The translations under genes were made by a program, and so were the position numbers. The notes under the pieces are model-generated. The model worked only from the letters and a program-made list of their open reading frames with translations. It did not search any database and was not told the DNA's origin. A DNA stretch of 64,000 nucleotides. Source: an uncultured Fidelibacterota bacterium (lineage in GTDB: Bacteria > Fidelibacterota > Marinisomatia > Marinisomatales > UBA1611). The stretch is from contig CAJWHW010000006.1 in assembly GCA_913040915.1 (NCBI GenBank), positions 1-64,000 of the forward strand, given 5' to 3'. This document shows, piece after piece, positions 49,101 to 56,962 of this stretch; the stretch's first letter is position 1; the number at the start of each line of letters is the position of its first letter.

Positions 49101-50288
49101 CTGTTCTTCTGTAACAAACCAAAGAACCATACCATTTTCTAATGTATATCGATTAAACTCATCATTAAGTGCTTCATCTACCATTTCCTGTGTAATTAAT
49201 GGTGATCCATCTTCTCCACCAGAAGTTGCGATATAGTCACCCCAGTAACTTCCAATCCAATTTTCATTTGCTCCTTCAACAGCACTTATCATCTCCTGGG
49301 TAAATTTTGGAGAACCTGATTCACCTAATTGGCCACCACGATCAATACGGTCATGTTTCAGATTTGGTCGTCCAATAAATACAGGATCGTGACCTTCATA
49401 CTCATCTTCATTATAATGTGTCCAATCCTGTCCTGCCAGTGCGACTCCAGAAATTTTAAATCCAAAATCACCAAATTTATGTGCTGTACGAAATGTGAGT
49501 TTTTTCAATAAATCAGTATCTGTCTGACTTAATAAACCACCTTGAATATTGATACTCGTTCCTTGAGTGCGAATAGGGGATGATGTGACTATATTTAATA
49601 CGCCGCTATGGGCATTTGGTCCGTAGAGTGCTGATGCAGGCCCCAATACAACCTCAATTTGTTCCACATCTTCAAAAGAGACAGGAATGACGTTGTATGC
49701 GGTAAGTCTGAGAGAAGGTACATTTGCCATTCGTCCATCCGTCAAAGTTAAAAGACGGGAACTGAAGGATGAATTAAACCCACGAGCAGTCATATTATAA
49801 CTGTCAATCCCGGATTGAGTGAAATCTATACCTTTCGTCCCTTTTAAATAATCCCCCAGATTGGTATTGCTTTCTCTTCTAATTTCTTTTTTTGAAATAA
49901 CCGAAATAGCAGCAGGTGCATCTTCCACTCTTTCTCTTCGTCTCGATGCAGTTACTACATAAGTCTCCATTTGAATTGTTTCTGGTATTAATTCCAGATC
50001 TTGAGTAAGGGTTTTACCCACTTCAACAACCAAATCAATTTTGAGATTTTCATACCCAATATAAGTAACCATGAGAGTGTATTCACCCGGATCTACTTGA
50101 AAAATAGTATATTGACCATCGGTACTCGAAGCAGCTCCCTGTGCTGTGCCTTCCAGTACGACATTGGCACCCATGAGTGGTGAACCGTTAGTTTTATCTA
50201 AAACTTTTCCTGTAATGGTACCGTTTTGGGCAAAACTAGACCCACTAATTATGAACAGAGTTATTATTATTTTTCTTAATGGATTCAT
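46122..50288 (-). CDS. Giant TonB-dependent receptor with acidic repeat insertions
   Basis: Signal peptide, CarboxypepD_reg-like domain, VVTASR, ARGF, LTDGR, QIEVVLGPASALYG plug; C-terminal GRVLLLRLQTRF; about 390- and 140-aa acidic inserts. Confidence 0.88.
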   Translation of the reverse strand: MNPLRKIIITLFIISGSSFAQNGTITGKVLDKTNGSPLMGANVVLEGTAQGAASSTDGQYTIFQVDPGEYTLMVTYIGYENLKIDLVVEVGKTLTQDLELIPETIQMETYVVTASRRRERVEDAPAAISVISKKEIRRESNTNLGDYLKGTKGIDFTQSGIDSYNMTARGFNSSFSSRLLTLTDGRMANVPSLRLTAYNVIPVSFEDVEQIEVVLGPASALYGPNAHSGVLNIVTSSPIRTQGTSINIQGGLLSQTDTDLLKKLTFRTAHKFGDFGFKISGVALAGQDWTHYNEDEYEGHDPVFIGRPNLKHDRIDRGGQLGESGSPKFTQEMISAVEGANENWIGSYWGDYIATSGGEDGSPLITQEMVDEALNDEFNRYTLENGMVLWFVTEEQIGNVYADGIDNDGDGAIDEGIDLGIDDEPEAWYDGVDNDRDGLVDESDEIGSAWLDRFGSSITGDPYLTVFSSPDSVWSVMDSSHKSGFGDYKYDSEGNIVFDTNQNGIYDDDWGSNGLDDDGDWGLYIDANNKPWDVPEEDFEDFDGNGFPSSEIFFDTNENGIWDDAEPFIDSNENGSYDSGEPFTDLNGDGSYTNAELFADFGLDLTRNTNDYGEGNGTWDGESYTDLNGNGQWDQFEFNDLDENGKPSIGEIGVDEKDEKDFSIDYGGLPHIYPDANDDGIDDFPEFKVRNYRYDLRLDWEPNSDLTMSLSHGYAWARNINITGIARYLADGWVYRYYQAKARYKNFFLQSYLNTSYSGDPERPTRNLATGSIIYDRSKKFSAQLQHINEWKNGDLRFVWGIDYFLTLPDTRGTILSDKNFSDKRDNNNTGESGSPYIFYDKNDNTWYDTGENFTRWATENGTATGTPTDSTDSVLGAIADGFDNDQDSDDFKDLNGNGIPDYVDADGSGKFELGETVEPGVQWLGGQRFLVYADGKDNDGDGKIDENIDEGIDEAAEDNRYTVNELGAYYQVNWKLNPKWEFIQATRFDIHDRLTNLIEFNNQGYGMGYSPFDWNFDFDQTDGIQISPKIGLVYRPKENQNFRLTWATAFNTPSNQALFLDIFVTRVSIFKVYARGADGGYVFPKDSVGNPYYYSTKEFNYQPVDTSESIFFYPSTDPKIPGFFGQTVTDLPEIKAETVKSWEFGWKGRLNSRVFGTLDLYTSHYSSFVSPVTFITPIVIEKSVLETDYDGDSLINTIKDLENDNIIDRDDYDEAFNHWRGSIQGVTAMDTIPGYTPPVVVGYINYGEVDMWGLDASITAILNLEWSLDLTYSHLGMTEFYNPITKAKDPINAPRHKAGMKLQFNPRRTPFTASLNARYVDGFKWSSGIYFGNIKPYTIFDLHLGYEFNQYLKGNFTVSNVLNHQHTEIIGGPSLGRVLLLRLQTRF
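48300..49090 (-). repeat. Coding repeats: DGxDNDxDGxxDE and about 15-aa E-x-F-x-D-x-N-x-N/DG-x-Y/W-D units
   Basis: DGIDNDGDGAIDE, DGVDNDRDGLVDE, EIFFDTNENGIWDDA, EPFIDSNENGSYDSG, EPFTDLNGDGSYTNA, ESYTDLNGNGQWD. Confidence 0.85.
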
Positions 50289-50296
50289 ATTAGATA

Positions 50297-50329
50297 CTGA
50301 ACAGCCCCGTAAAAAACGAGGCTGTTCAG
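50297..50329 (-). promoter_or_regulatory. 14-bp intergenic stem-loop without a U-tract
   Basis: Minus strand CTGAACAGCCTCGT-TTTTT-ACGGGGCTGTTCAG, ending 8 nt before the receptor ATG. Confidence 0.7.
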
Positions 50330-50360
50330 ATTATTTTTTAGACTTCAATAAGGGAAAGCA

Positions 50361-52151
50361 TTATTTCAATAACAGCATTTTTCCTTTTTGAATTCGATTA
50401 TCGGAACGTACTTCATAGAAGTATACACCGCTCGGGACTTTATTCCCAAAATGATCAGTTCCAAACCAAGAGATATTATAGGTGCCGGCATCCAAACCTC
50501 CATTATGAAGTTTGGTCACTTCCTGACCTAAGATTGAATAAATCGTGATTTGTACATCAGAAAATTTCTCCGTAGCAAACTTAATTTGCGTTGAAGGGTT
50601 GAATGGATTCGGATAGTTGCCATAGACTTCAAATTTTTGAGCTATTGGTGCATCTTGGTCCATTGCTAATTGAGTATTTCCCCAAAATGTATTTACACGT
50701 TGAGTAGTATTATCTGGAATACAATTGTTATCAACTTCCATTACTAATCTACCCGTTTCATCATAGTCATTGTAATCCCAACCGGAATCATCTACTCCAC
50801 ATCCATCTTCATCTGGACAAGCATTCTCAACACCTATTAGCGTGAGAGTTGGTCCAGCTTCCATTACGTCTAAACAGGCCATTGGATCACCATAGTAGGC
50901 GAAACATTCATTAAACCAAGCAGTTAGTGTATCTCCAACACCTGCGGCAACAGCATCTGCATAAGGATCATCAAGATAAATCTCAGCAACTGAATCTGCA
51001 GCTGCAGTCGCAGAAAGATTTACGTCATTAGTTGCAGTAAACCATTCTTCAAATACACCTGAGAACCAACCAGCAGCTTCCATAAAGTTATAGGTAAAGA
51101 AATAACCTGTAGGAGCTAAAGGCTCATCTCCATTAAATGGTACACCATCATCACCAACTGGGTCGAACAAATAACCATGATTAACTTCAACTAAACCTGC
51201 AGGAATTGTGTCTCCAAAGATTGGATCAATTTCATAACTATCTGGGTTTTCGGGATCAATTGGATGCCCTTGGCCACCTATCATTGGAGCAGAAAGAGTA
51301 GTATCACCAGTCCATCCTAGTTCATACCAAAGGCTGGTATCAGGATGCAACCAGGCAAGGTAATCATCCATATTCCCAATTGTAACTGTATCGCCTGGTG
51401 AAACAGGAACTCCAGTCCAACCATTTAATTGACCATCTTCATTTACCCCAAGTCCACTTGCTGTGCCATCATGGGCTTCCCAATAAATTTCAAGTGCTGC
51501 CGGTGTTGTATGTTCAGCATCTGTATAATCAATAGTAACCATACCCCAGTTTTCCATATCTGTACCTACACCATAATCTTGACCATACTGTCCATTCACA
51601 AGATCTGGTGCACCGAATTGAGCAAAAACTGAGGACAAAGAAATACCCCAGCCCATTGAATGCGCATATGGATGTTCTGGATCATCAGTGTGATCAAATC
51701 CAGGTGTGCTTGTCCATGTTCCTGCTTCAGCAACTTCTGGTACTGTCGCAAATGTAGAGCAATCTATTGTTTCGGTTGTTGGATACGTACTCCCATCATT
51801 GATTGTAAATGTTCCACCATCATTAAGATCCACATTCATCGCAACGCCCTGCCAGGCCAGAAGAGCCTCATTTATCAATGGTACGAGTACAACTGCGATG
51901 GTATCACCAACGTCATACTCTACCAATGTATGGGTATAACCCAAGCCAGCAGCAGCTGCTGCTGAACTAGGCCATGATGCAGTCACTTCATAGCCTGCTT
52001 CTGCTGAATCTTCAGGACTGTCAAATTCACGTACTTCATACGTGTATTCAACAATAGCCGCACCCAATTGCCAATTGGCTTGAATACTTTGGGAAAACAA
52101 AAGTCCCATAAAAAGCATTGTTGGAAGGAAATATTTGAGCATTTTATTCAT
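50361..52151 (-). CDS. Acidic secreted protein with C-terminal secretion-type (CTD/FlgD-Ig) domain
   Basis: Signal peptide; D/E/G/aromatic-rich body with six Cys; NYPNPFNP…IYSILGQEV…SGVYFY…KMLLLK; AAGGAG RBS. Confidence 0.75.
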   Translation of the reverse strand: MNKMLKYFLPTMLFMGLLFSQSIQANWQLGAAIVEYTYEVREFDSPEDSAEAGYEVTASWPSSAAAAAGLGYTHTLVEYDVGDTIAVVLVPLINEALLAWQGVAMNVDLNDGGTFTINDGSTYPTTETIDCSTFATVPEVAEAGTWTSTPGFDHTDDPEHPYAHSMGWGISLSSVFAQFGAPDLVNGQYGQDYGVGTDMENWGMVTIDYTDAEHTTPAALEIYWEAHDGTASGLGVNEDGQLNGWTGVPVSPGDTVTIGNMDDYLAWLHPDTSLWYELGWTGDTTLSAPMIGGQGHPIDPENPDSYEIDPIFGDTIPAGLVEVNHGYLFDPVGDDGVPFNGDEPLAPTGYFFTYNFMEAAGWFSGVFEEWFTATNDVNLSATAAADSVAEIYLDDPYADAVAAGVGDTLTAWFNECFAYYGDPMACLDVMEAGPTLTLIGVENACPDEDGCGVDDSGWDYNDYDETGRLVMEVDNNCIPDNTTQRVNTFWGNTQLAMDQDAPIAQKFEVYGNYPNPFNPSTQIKFATEKFSDVQITIYSILGQEVTKLHNGGLDAGTYNISWFGTDHFGNKVPSGVYFYEVRSDNRIQKGKMLLLK

Positions 52152-52267
52152 ATTGCTTCTCCTTATTATGTTAGATTAATGAGAGAGAGTCTCTCGTTCT
52201 TTTATATAGAACGTACGCGGGAAACTATATATACCATTGATAGAATTCAAAGACTTTTCCAAACAGA

Positions 52268-52393
52268 TTATTTAGGTCTTTTACTTTTTTCATAGCTATG
52301 TTTTCCCCACCATATCCATAAAGAATAAAGAAAGATAATACTGCCGAGAACAAACATAATTTCTCGGATAATCCAAATAACTACATCATTCAT
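52268..52393 (-). CDS. Putative 41-aa single-pass membrane protein (below the ORF-track cutoff)
   Basis: Manual translation MNDVVIWIIREIMFVLGSIIFLYSLWIWWGKHSYEKSKRPK: one TM helix and a basic tail. Confidence 0.55.
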   Translation of the reverse strand: MNDVVIWIIREIMFVLGSIIFLYSLWIWWGKHSYEKSKRPK

Positions 52394-52480
52394 GATGGTT
52401 GGCGACTTTTGCTTATTGCCTTTAAATTCATCACTTAAATTAACCTCATTATCTTATTTTATCTCCACTGGAAATTATAA

Positions 52481-53251
52481 ATGAAAATTGCTGTATTAGT
52501 AAAGCAAGTTCCAAGCTCAGAATCTGCTTTAACCATTTCTGATGATCAAAGCTGGATTGATGAAAATCAAGTTACCTATGCTATGAATCATCCAGATAAC
52601 TTTGCTATTGAAGAAGCGTTATTGATCAAAGAAAGAATCGGTGATGGAGAAGTAGTAGTCGTCAGTCTTGGGCCAGATCGAACCCGAAAGGTAATCCGTG
52701 AAGGACTCGCAAAAGGAGCTGATAGGGGAATTCATTTGCAGGAACATAGTCCTATTGAAACAGACCCTTTATCCATTGCGAAAAGCTTTGCATCTGTACT
52801 GGATGATGAAAATTTTGATCTTATTTTGACAGGTTTACAATCTGATGATACTGGGATGGGGCAAACAGGTGTTTTATTAGGGGAAATGCTTGGAATGTCA
52901 ACCGCAACTTTAGCAATTGAAACTGATATTCAAAAGGGATCAATCCGTATTAAAAGAGAATTAGAGTCCGGGTGGTTTCAGTGGATTAAATTGCTTCTGC
53001 CTGCATCAATCAGTATTCAGTCTGGTTTAAATACTCCGCGTTATCCTTCTTTGAAAGGCATTATGGGTGCAAAAAAGAAAGAATTAAAAATTGTAGCTCC
53101 AGAAGATCACCAAGTTGACTCCAAAACTCAAACGATTGACAAAATATTTGTTCCGAAAACGACCAAGAAGACCGTAGTGATAGAAGGGGATGCAGATACT
53201 TCTGTCACACGTATTGTTGAAATTTTAAAATCAGATTTAAAGGTTTTGTAA
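52481..53251 (+). CDS. etfB: Electron transfer flavoprotein beta subunit
   Basis: VKQVP, AIEEAL, GADRG, GLQSDD, PRYPSLKGIMGAKKK. Confidence 0.93.
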   Translation: MKIAVLVKQVPSSESALTISDDQSWIDENQVTYAMNHPDNFAIEEALLIKERIGDGEVVVVSLGPDRTRKVIREGLAKGADRGIHLQEHSPIETDPLSIAKSFASVLDDENFDLILTGLQSDDTGMGQTGVLLGEMLGMSTATLAIETDIQKGSIRIKRELESGWFQWIKLLLPASISIQSGLNTPRYPSLKGIMGAKKKELKIVAPEDHQVDSKTQTIDKIFVPKTTKKTVVIEGDADTSVTRIVEILKSDLKVL

Positions 53252-53254
53252 AGA

Positions 53255-54193
53255 ATGGATATTTTAGTTGTACTTGAAGATAACCATGGCTCACTACATC
53301 GAATGAGTAAAGAGGCAGTCTCAGGCGCTCAGCAAATGGATGGTACAGTAACGGCTCTTGCCATCGGGGCCAATGCAGAATCTTTAGCAAATGAACTAAA
53401 TCATATAGGTTTTTCAGAAATAATTATTATCAATCATGATCTGGTCTCATCTTATAATGCGGATGGTTATGCGGAAGTTGTAAAGCAGGTAGTTGAAGCT
53501 GAAGAACCAAGATTTATTGTTGCAGGACATACTTACCAAACTCGTGATTTTATGCCTCGTGTCAGTGCAAAATTAGACATACCATTTATTCCTGATGTTA
53601 TTTCCATCAATGATGGTTATGTAAAACAAGTTTTGAATGCAAAATTTAATGCAGTCTGCTTTTTTTCTGCTCAACAAGCGATTATAAGTTTTCAATCTGC
53701 TGCATTTAACGAAGATGATATTTTTTCTGGGGCTGGCGCATCACGGATTTTTAATGTTAATTTAGATTCATCTGTTATTCAAGTAGAATCAGAAGAGCCA
53801 TTTCAAGAAGCGGCAGGAGATGTAGACATCGATGCCGCAGAATGGCTTGTTTCCATTGGTCGTGGAATTGAGGATGAAGAGAATGTACAAATGGCCTTTG
53901 ATTTGGCGTTAGCTCTTGGGGCTGAAGTTGTTGCAAGCCGTCCAGTAGTAGATTCCGGGTGGGTTGATGGATTTAGGCAAGTTGGAAGCTCAGGACTCAA
54001 TGTAGCACCAAAACTTTATTTTTCCCTTGGTGTTTCCGGTGCAATACAGCATGTTGTGGGGATGAAAGGTTCAAAAAGTATCATTGCAATTAACAAGGAT
54101 CCGGAAGCACCTATTTTTGAAATAGCGGATTATGCCGTTGTTGGTGATCTTTTGGAAATTGTACCTAAACTGATTGAGGTATTAAAAGGATAA
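53255..54193 (+). CDS. etfA: Electron transfer flavoprotein alpha subunit
   Basis: [37 protein letters not shown]. Confidence 0.93.
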   Translation: MDILVVLEDNHGSLHRMSKEAVSGAQQMDGTVTALAIGANAESLANELNHIGFSEIIIINHDLVSSYNADGYAEVVKQVVEAEEPRFIVAGHTYQTRDFMPRVSAKLDIPFIPDVISINDGYVKQVLNAKFNAVCFFSAQQAIISFQSAAFNEDDIFSGAGASRIFNVNLDSSVIQVESEEPFQEAAGDVDIDAAEWLVSIGRGIEDEENVQMAFDLALALGAEVVASRPVVDSGWVDGFRQVGSSGLNVAPKLYFSLGVSGAIQHVVGMKGSKSIIAINKDPEAPIFEIADYAVVGDLLEIVPKLIEVLKG

Positions 54194-54205
54194 TCAAAAA
54201 TCTTG

Positions 54206-56050
54206 ATGGATAACATTACCTTTTCTGTTCCCGAAAAATTAATTCTTGCAGCATTAACCCTTGGAGCACTGAGTTCATTTTGCTATGAGGTGAACCGCCG
54301 AATTATTATCATTCGAAAAGGGATTGGCTCTCTACCATTTGATCGAATTCCTGAAAGGCTTTTTCGTGTTTTTAAAGAAGTTTTTCTCCATGAAAAAGTA
54401 ATACGTGAACGGCCTTTTCCCGGATTCATGCATGCTCTGGTTTTTTGGGGATTTCTTGTATTTGGTCTGGTTACTTTAGATCATTTCGCTATTGGTTTTC
54501 ATAAACCTATTCTATCTGAGTCCGCACACCATAATTACTCATTGATTGTTATACCATTTTCCATATTAGTGATTTTTGGGATTATTTCGTTGGCTTACCG
54601 ACGTTTTATAACACGACCAAAATCATTAGGAGATTTATCTCCAACTTCAGGTTTGGTGACAGTATTTATTGTGATCTTAATGTTAACCTATTTATTGGGT
54701 GAAATGGGAATTTCTTCTACTCTATGGAAAATAAATTGGTGGATTCACAGTGTTGTGATTCTTGCTTTTTTGATATTAATTCCTCGAAGTAAACACCTAC
54801 ACCTGGTTTTAGCGCCATTCAATATTTTCTTCAGGCCATTTACGCAGCCGGAGCACACGCCAGTGCATATCGATTTAGAGGGAGATGAAGATGAATTAGA
54901 TTCTATGCTCACGAGCCTAAACAAATTAACTCAAAATCAGGCATTAGATATTTTTTCCTGTGTGGAGTGTGGACGTTGTACAGATGTTTGTCCTGCGAAT
55001 AGAGGTGGGGGTATTTTGGATCCAAAACATCATTTTATAATGGATCTTCGTGCGCCTCTTCTTGAAGAAAAGGATGTGACTGTTTTGGATCGTGTAAACA
55101 TTGAAGCAGGATGGGAGTGCACAACCTGCCAAGCATGTACGGAAGTTTGTCCTGTTGGTAACCATGTTGAAAAATCTGATGAGATCAGGCGCTTAGAAGT
55201 TTTAGTAGAAGGACGAGTCCCACAAGAATATCAAAAATTATTTACCAATCTTCAGGAAACAGGCAATACGGAAGGTGCGTCTTCCAGCGCATTTGCAGAT
55301 TCATTTCCCACTTATACATCAGATAAAGATTATGTATTATGGCTTGGATGTTTTGCCCGTCATGGATTGGATCCAAATTTTAATGAATCGGTAGAAAATT
55401 TCACAAAAATTCTTGATGTTGCAGGTGTGACTTATGGTGTTCTGGCCGAGGAACATTGTAGCGGTGATCCTGCTAACCGGTTAGGGGATAAACTTACCTA
55501 CACGATGCTTCGAGAACATAATCTAGAACAACTTTCAGAAACGAAAAAAGTAGTAACTCTCTGTCCACATTGTGCAGTTAATCTTGGTAAAGAATATTCA
55601 AATTATGGAGAAGTAAATTACACAGTTGAACATCACACCCAAGTGATTGGTAGATTAATTGATGAAGGGAAGATCAAAGTCCAAATGGGTGAAAACGGAA
55701 AGGTTACTTATCATGATCCCTGTAACCTTTCAAGAATGTTAGATATTGTTGATGAACCACGAACTGCTATTCAGGCTGTATCATCAGATTATCAGGAAAT
55801 GGAGGAATATGGCCGCAATACATTATGCTGCGGTGCAGGTGGTGCTTTATGGTGGAAAAAAGAAACTCAAGGTCGTACACATCTTGTAAGAGCAGAGCAG
55901 GTGATAGAATCAAAAGCTGATACTGTTGTTACCGGCTGCAATTTTTGTTATGGTATGATGAAACAGGGCTTAGGACCCATGATGCCTGAAGGTCGCGATG
56001 AAGTCCAGGTAAAAGATGTAGCTGATATTGTAGCAGACAATCTAATATAG
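54206..56050 (+). CDS. Membrane Fe-S oxidoreductase (FadF/EtfD/EMO-like, HdrD family)
   Basis: TM domain with His residues (MHALVFWGF, WIHS, SKHLH); CVECGRCTDVCP and CTTCQACTEVCP; CSG and CCG domains, HDPC. Confidence 0.88.
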   Translation: MDNITFSVPEKLILAALTLGALSSFCYEVNRRIIIIRKGIGSLPFDRIPERLFRVFKEVFLHEKVIRERPFPGFMHALVFWGFLVFGLVTLDHFAIGFHKPILSESAHHNYSLIVIPFSILVIFGIISLAYRRFITRPKSLGDLSPTSGLVTVFIVILMLTYLLGEMGISSTLWKINWWIHSVVILAFLILIPRSKHLHLVLAPFNIFFRPFTQPEHTPVHIDLEGDEDELDSMLTSLNKLTQNQALDIFSCVECGRCTDVCPANRGGGILDPKHHFIMDLRAPLLEEKDVTVLDRVNIEAGWECTTCQACTEVCPVGNHVEKSDEIRRLEVLVEGRVPQEYQKLFTNLQETGNTEGASSSAFADSFPTYTSDKDYVLWLGCFARHGLDPNFNESVENFTKILDVAGVTYGVLAEEHCSGDPANRLGDKLTYTMLREHNLEQLSETKKVVTLCPHCAVNLGKEYSNYGEVNYTVEHHTQVIGRLIDEGKIKVQMGENGKVTYHDPCNLSRMLDIVDEPRTAIQAVSSDYQEMEEYGRNTLCCGAGGALWWKKETQGRTHLVRAEQVIESKADTVVTGCNFCYGMMKQGLGPMMPEGRDEVQVKDVADIVADNLI

Positions 56051-56149
56051 GCCTTCACAAAGATAATATTTATATATTAATTATAAAAAAACTGAATCCA
56101 AAATTCACCTAAGTCTAGGACAAGGTTCAACTAAACTAAAAAATAGATT

Positions 56150-56962
56150 TCACTTTTGATTTGAAAGAAAACTTTGAATTGCATGCCAGTACTTGGATGT
56201 GAAGCTGATTGTATTATGACCTGTATTATTAATAATCAAATATTCACTTGGTCCTCTCCATGCTTCAACCAAATTTAATGAAAGATCATTAGAAATAATT
56301 TGATCTTCCGACCCTATAAGGGTAAGCATAGGAGAGGTAATATTGGGTGCAATTTCATCCGAGAGAAAAGGGTGTCTGAGTAACAACTTAATGGGAAAAA
56401 TAGGATAGTGCTTTTTTGCGACATTCACAAGATTATCAAAAGGTGTTACCAAAATCATTCCTTTTACTGATCTCTTGCTTCCAACATGCACTGCAACTGC
56501 AGACCCAAGACTACGGCCGATTAAGAATATATTTGATGGTTCAATATTGTAATTATTTGTAATGTGATCAAAAATAAATAATGCATCTGAAAAAAGAACA
56601 TCTTGTCCTGGCCAGCCTTCACTTTTACCATAACCACGGTAATTCACAAATAACATTGAATAATCACCGAATTTTTTTAAATCATGCAGATTTTGTGAAA
56701 CTTCCTCTGCGTTTCCACCATAATAAATAATTAATGGTTTAATAGGCTGAAGTTCCTTTTGAATAAACCAGCCGTGGAGAGACAGACCATCATGCATGAA
56801 GGTGATTTCATGCGTCTCAAATTGTTTTAAAAAAGAAATCTGGTGTTCTGCAATTTTCCGGGGGAAAAAAATAAAAGAGGATTGAGCAAAATATAAAACA
56901 CCACAAATGATGATATAAAAAGAAGTTATTAAAATTAGAAAAGAACCCAAGGACAATTTCAT
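56150..56962 (-). CDS. Alpha/beta hydrolase (ABHD13/BEM46-like)
   Basis: YGGNAE, YRGYG, GRSLG, D…H triad; N-terminal anchor. Confidence 0.85.
   Translation of the reverse strand: MKLSLGSFLILITSFYIIICGVLYFAQSSFIFFPRKIAEHQISFLKQFETHEITFMHDGLSLHGWFIQKELQPIKPLIIYYGGNAEEVSQNLHDLKKFGDYSMLFVNYRGYGKSEGWPGQDVLFSDALFIFDHITNNYNIEPSNIFLIGRSLGSAVAVHVGSKRSVKGMILVTPFDNLVNVAKKHYPIFPIKLLLRHPFLSDEIAPNITSPMLTLIGSEDQIISNDLSLNLVEAWRGPSEYLIINNTGHNTISFTSKYWHAIQSFLSNQK

Noticed and set aside
7540..52445. Recurring TAAATT hexamer near several gene starts as a regulon motif
   Set aside because: Expected often by chance at this AT content; at most a generic -10 variant, untestable without statistics.
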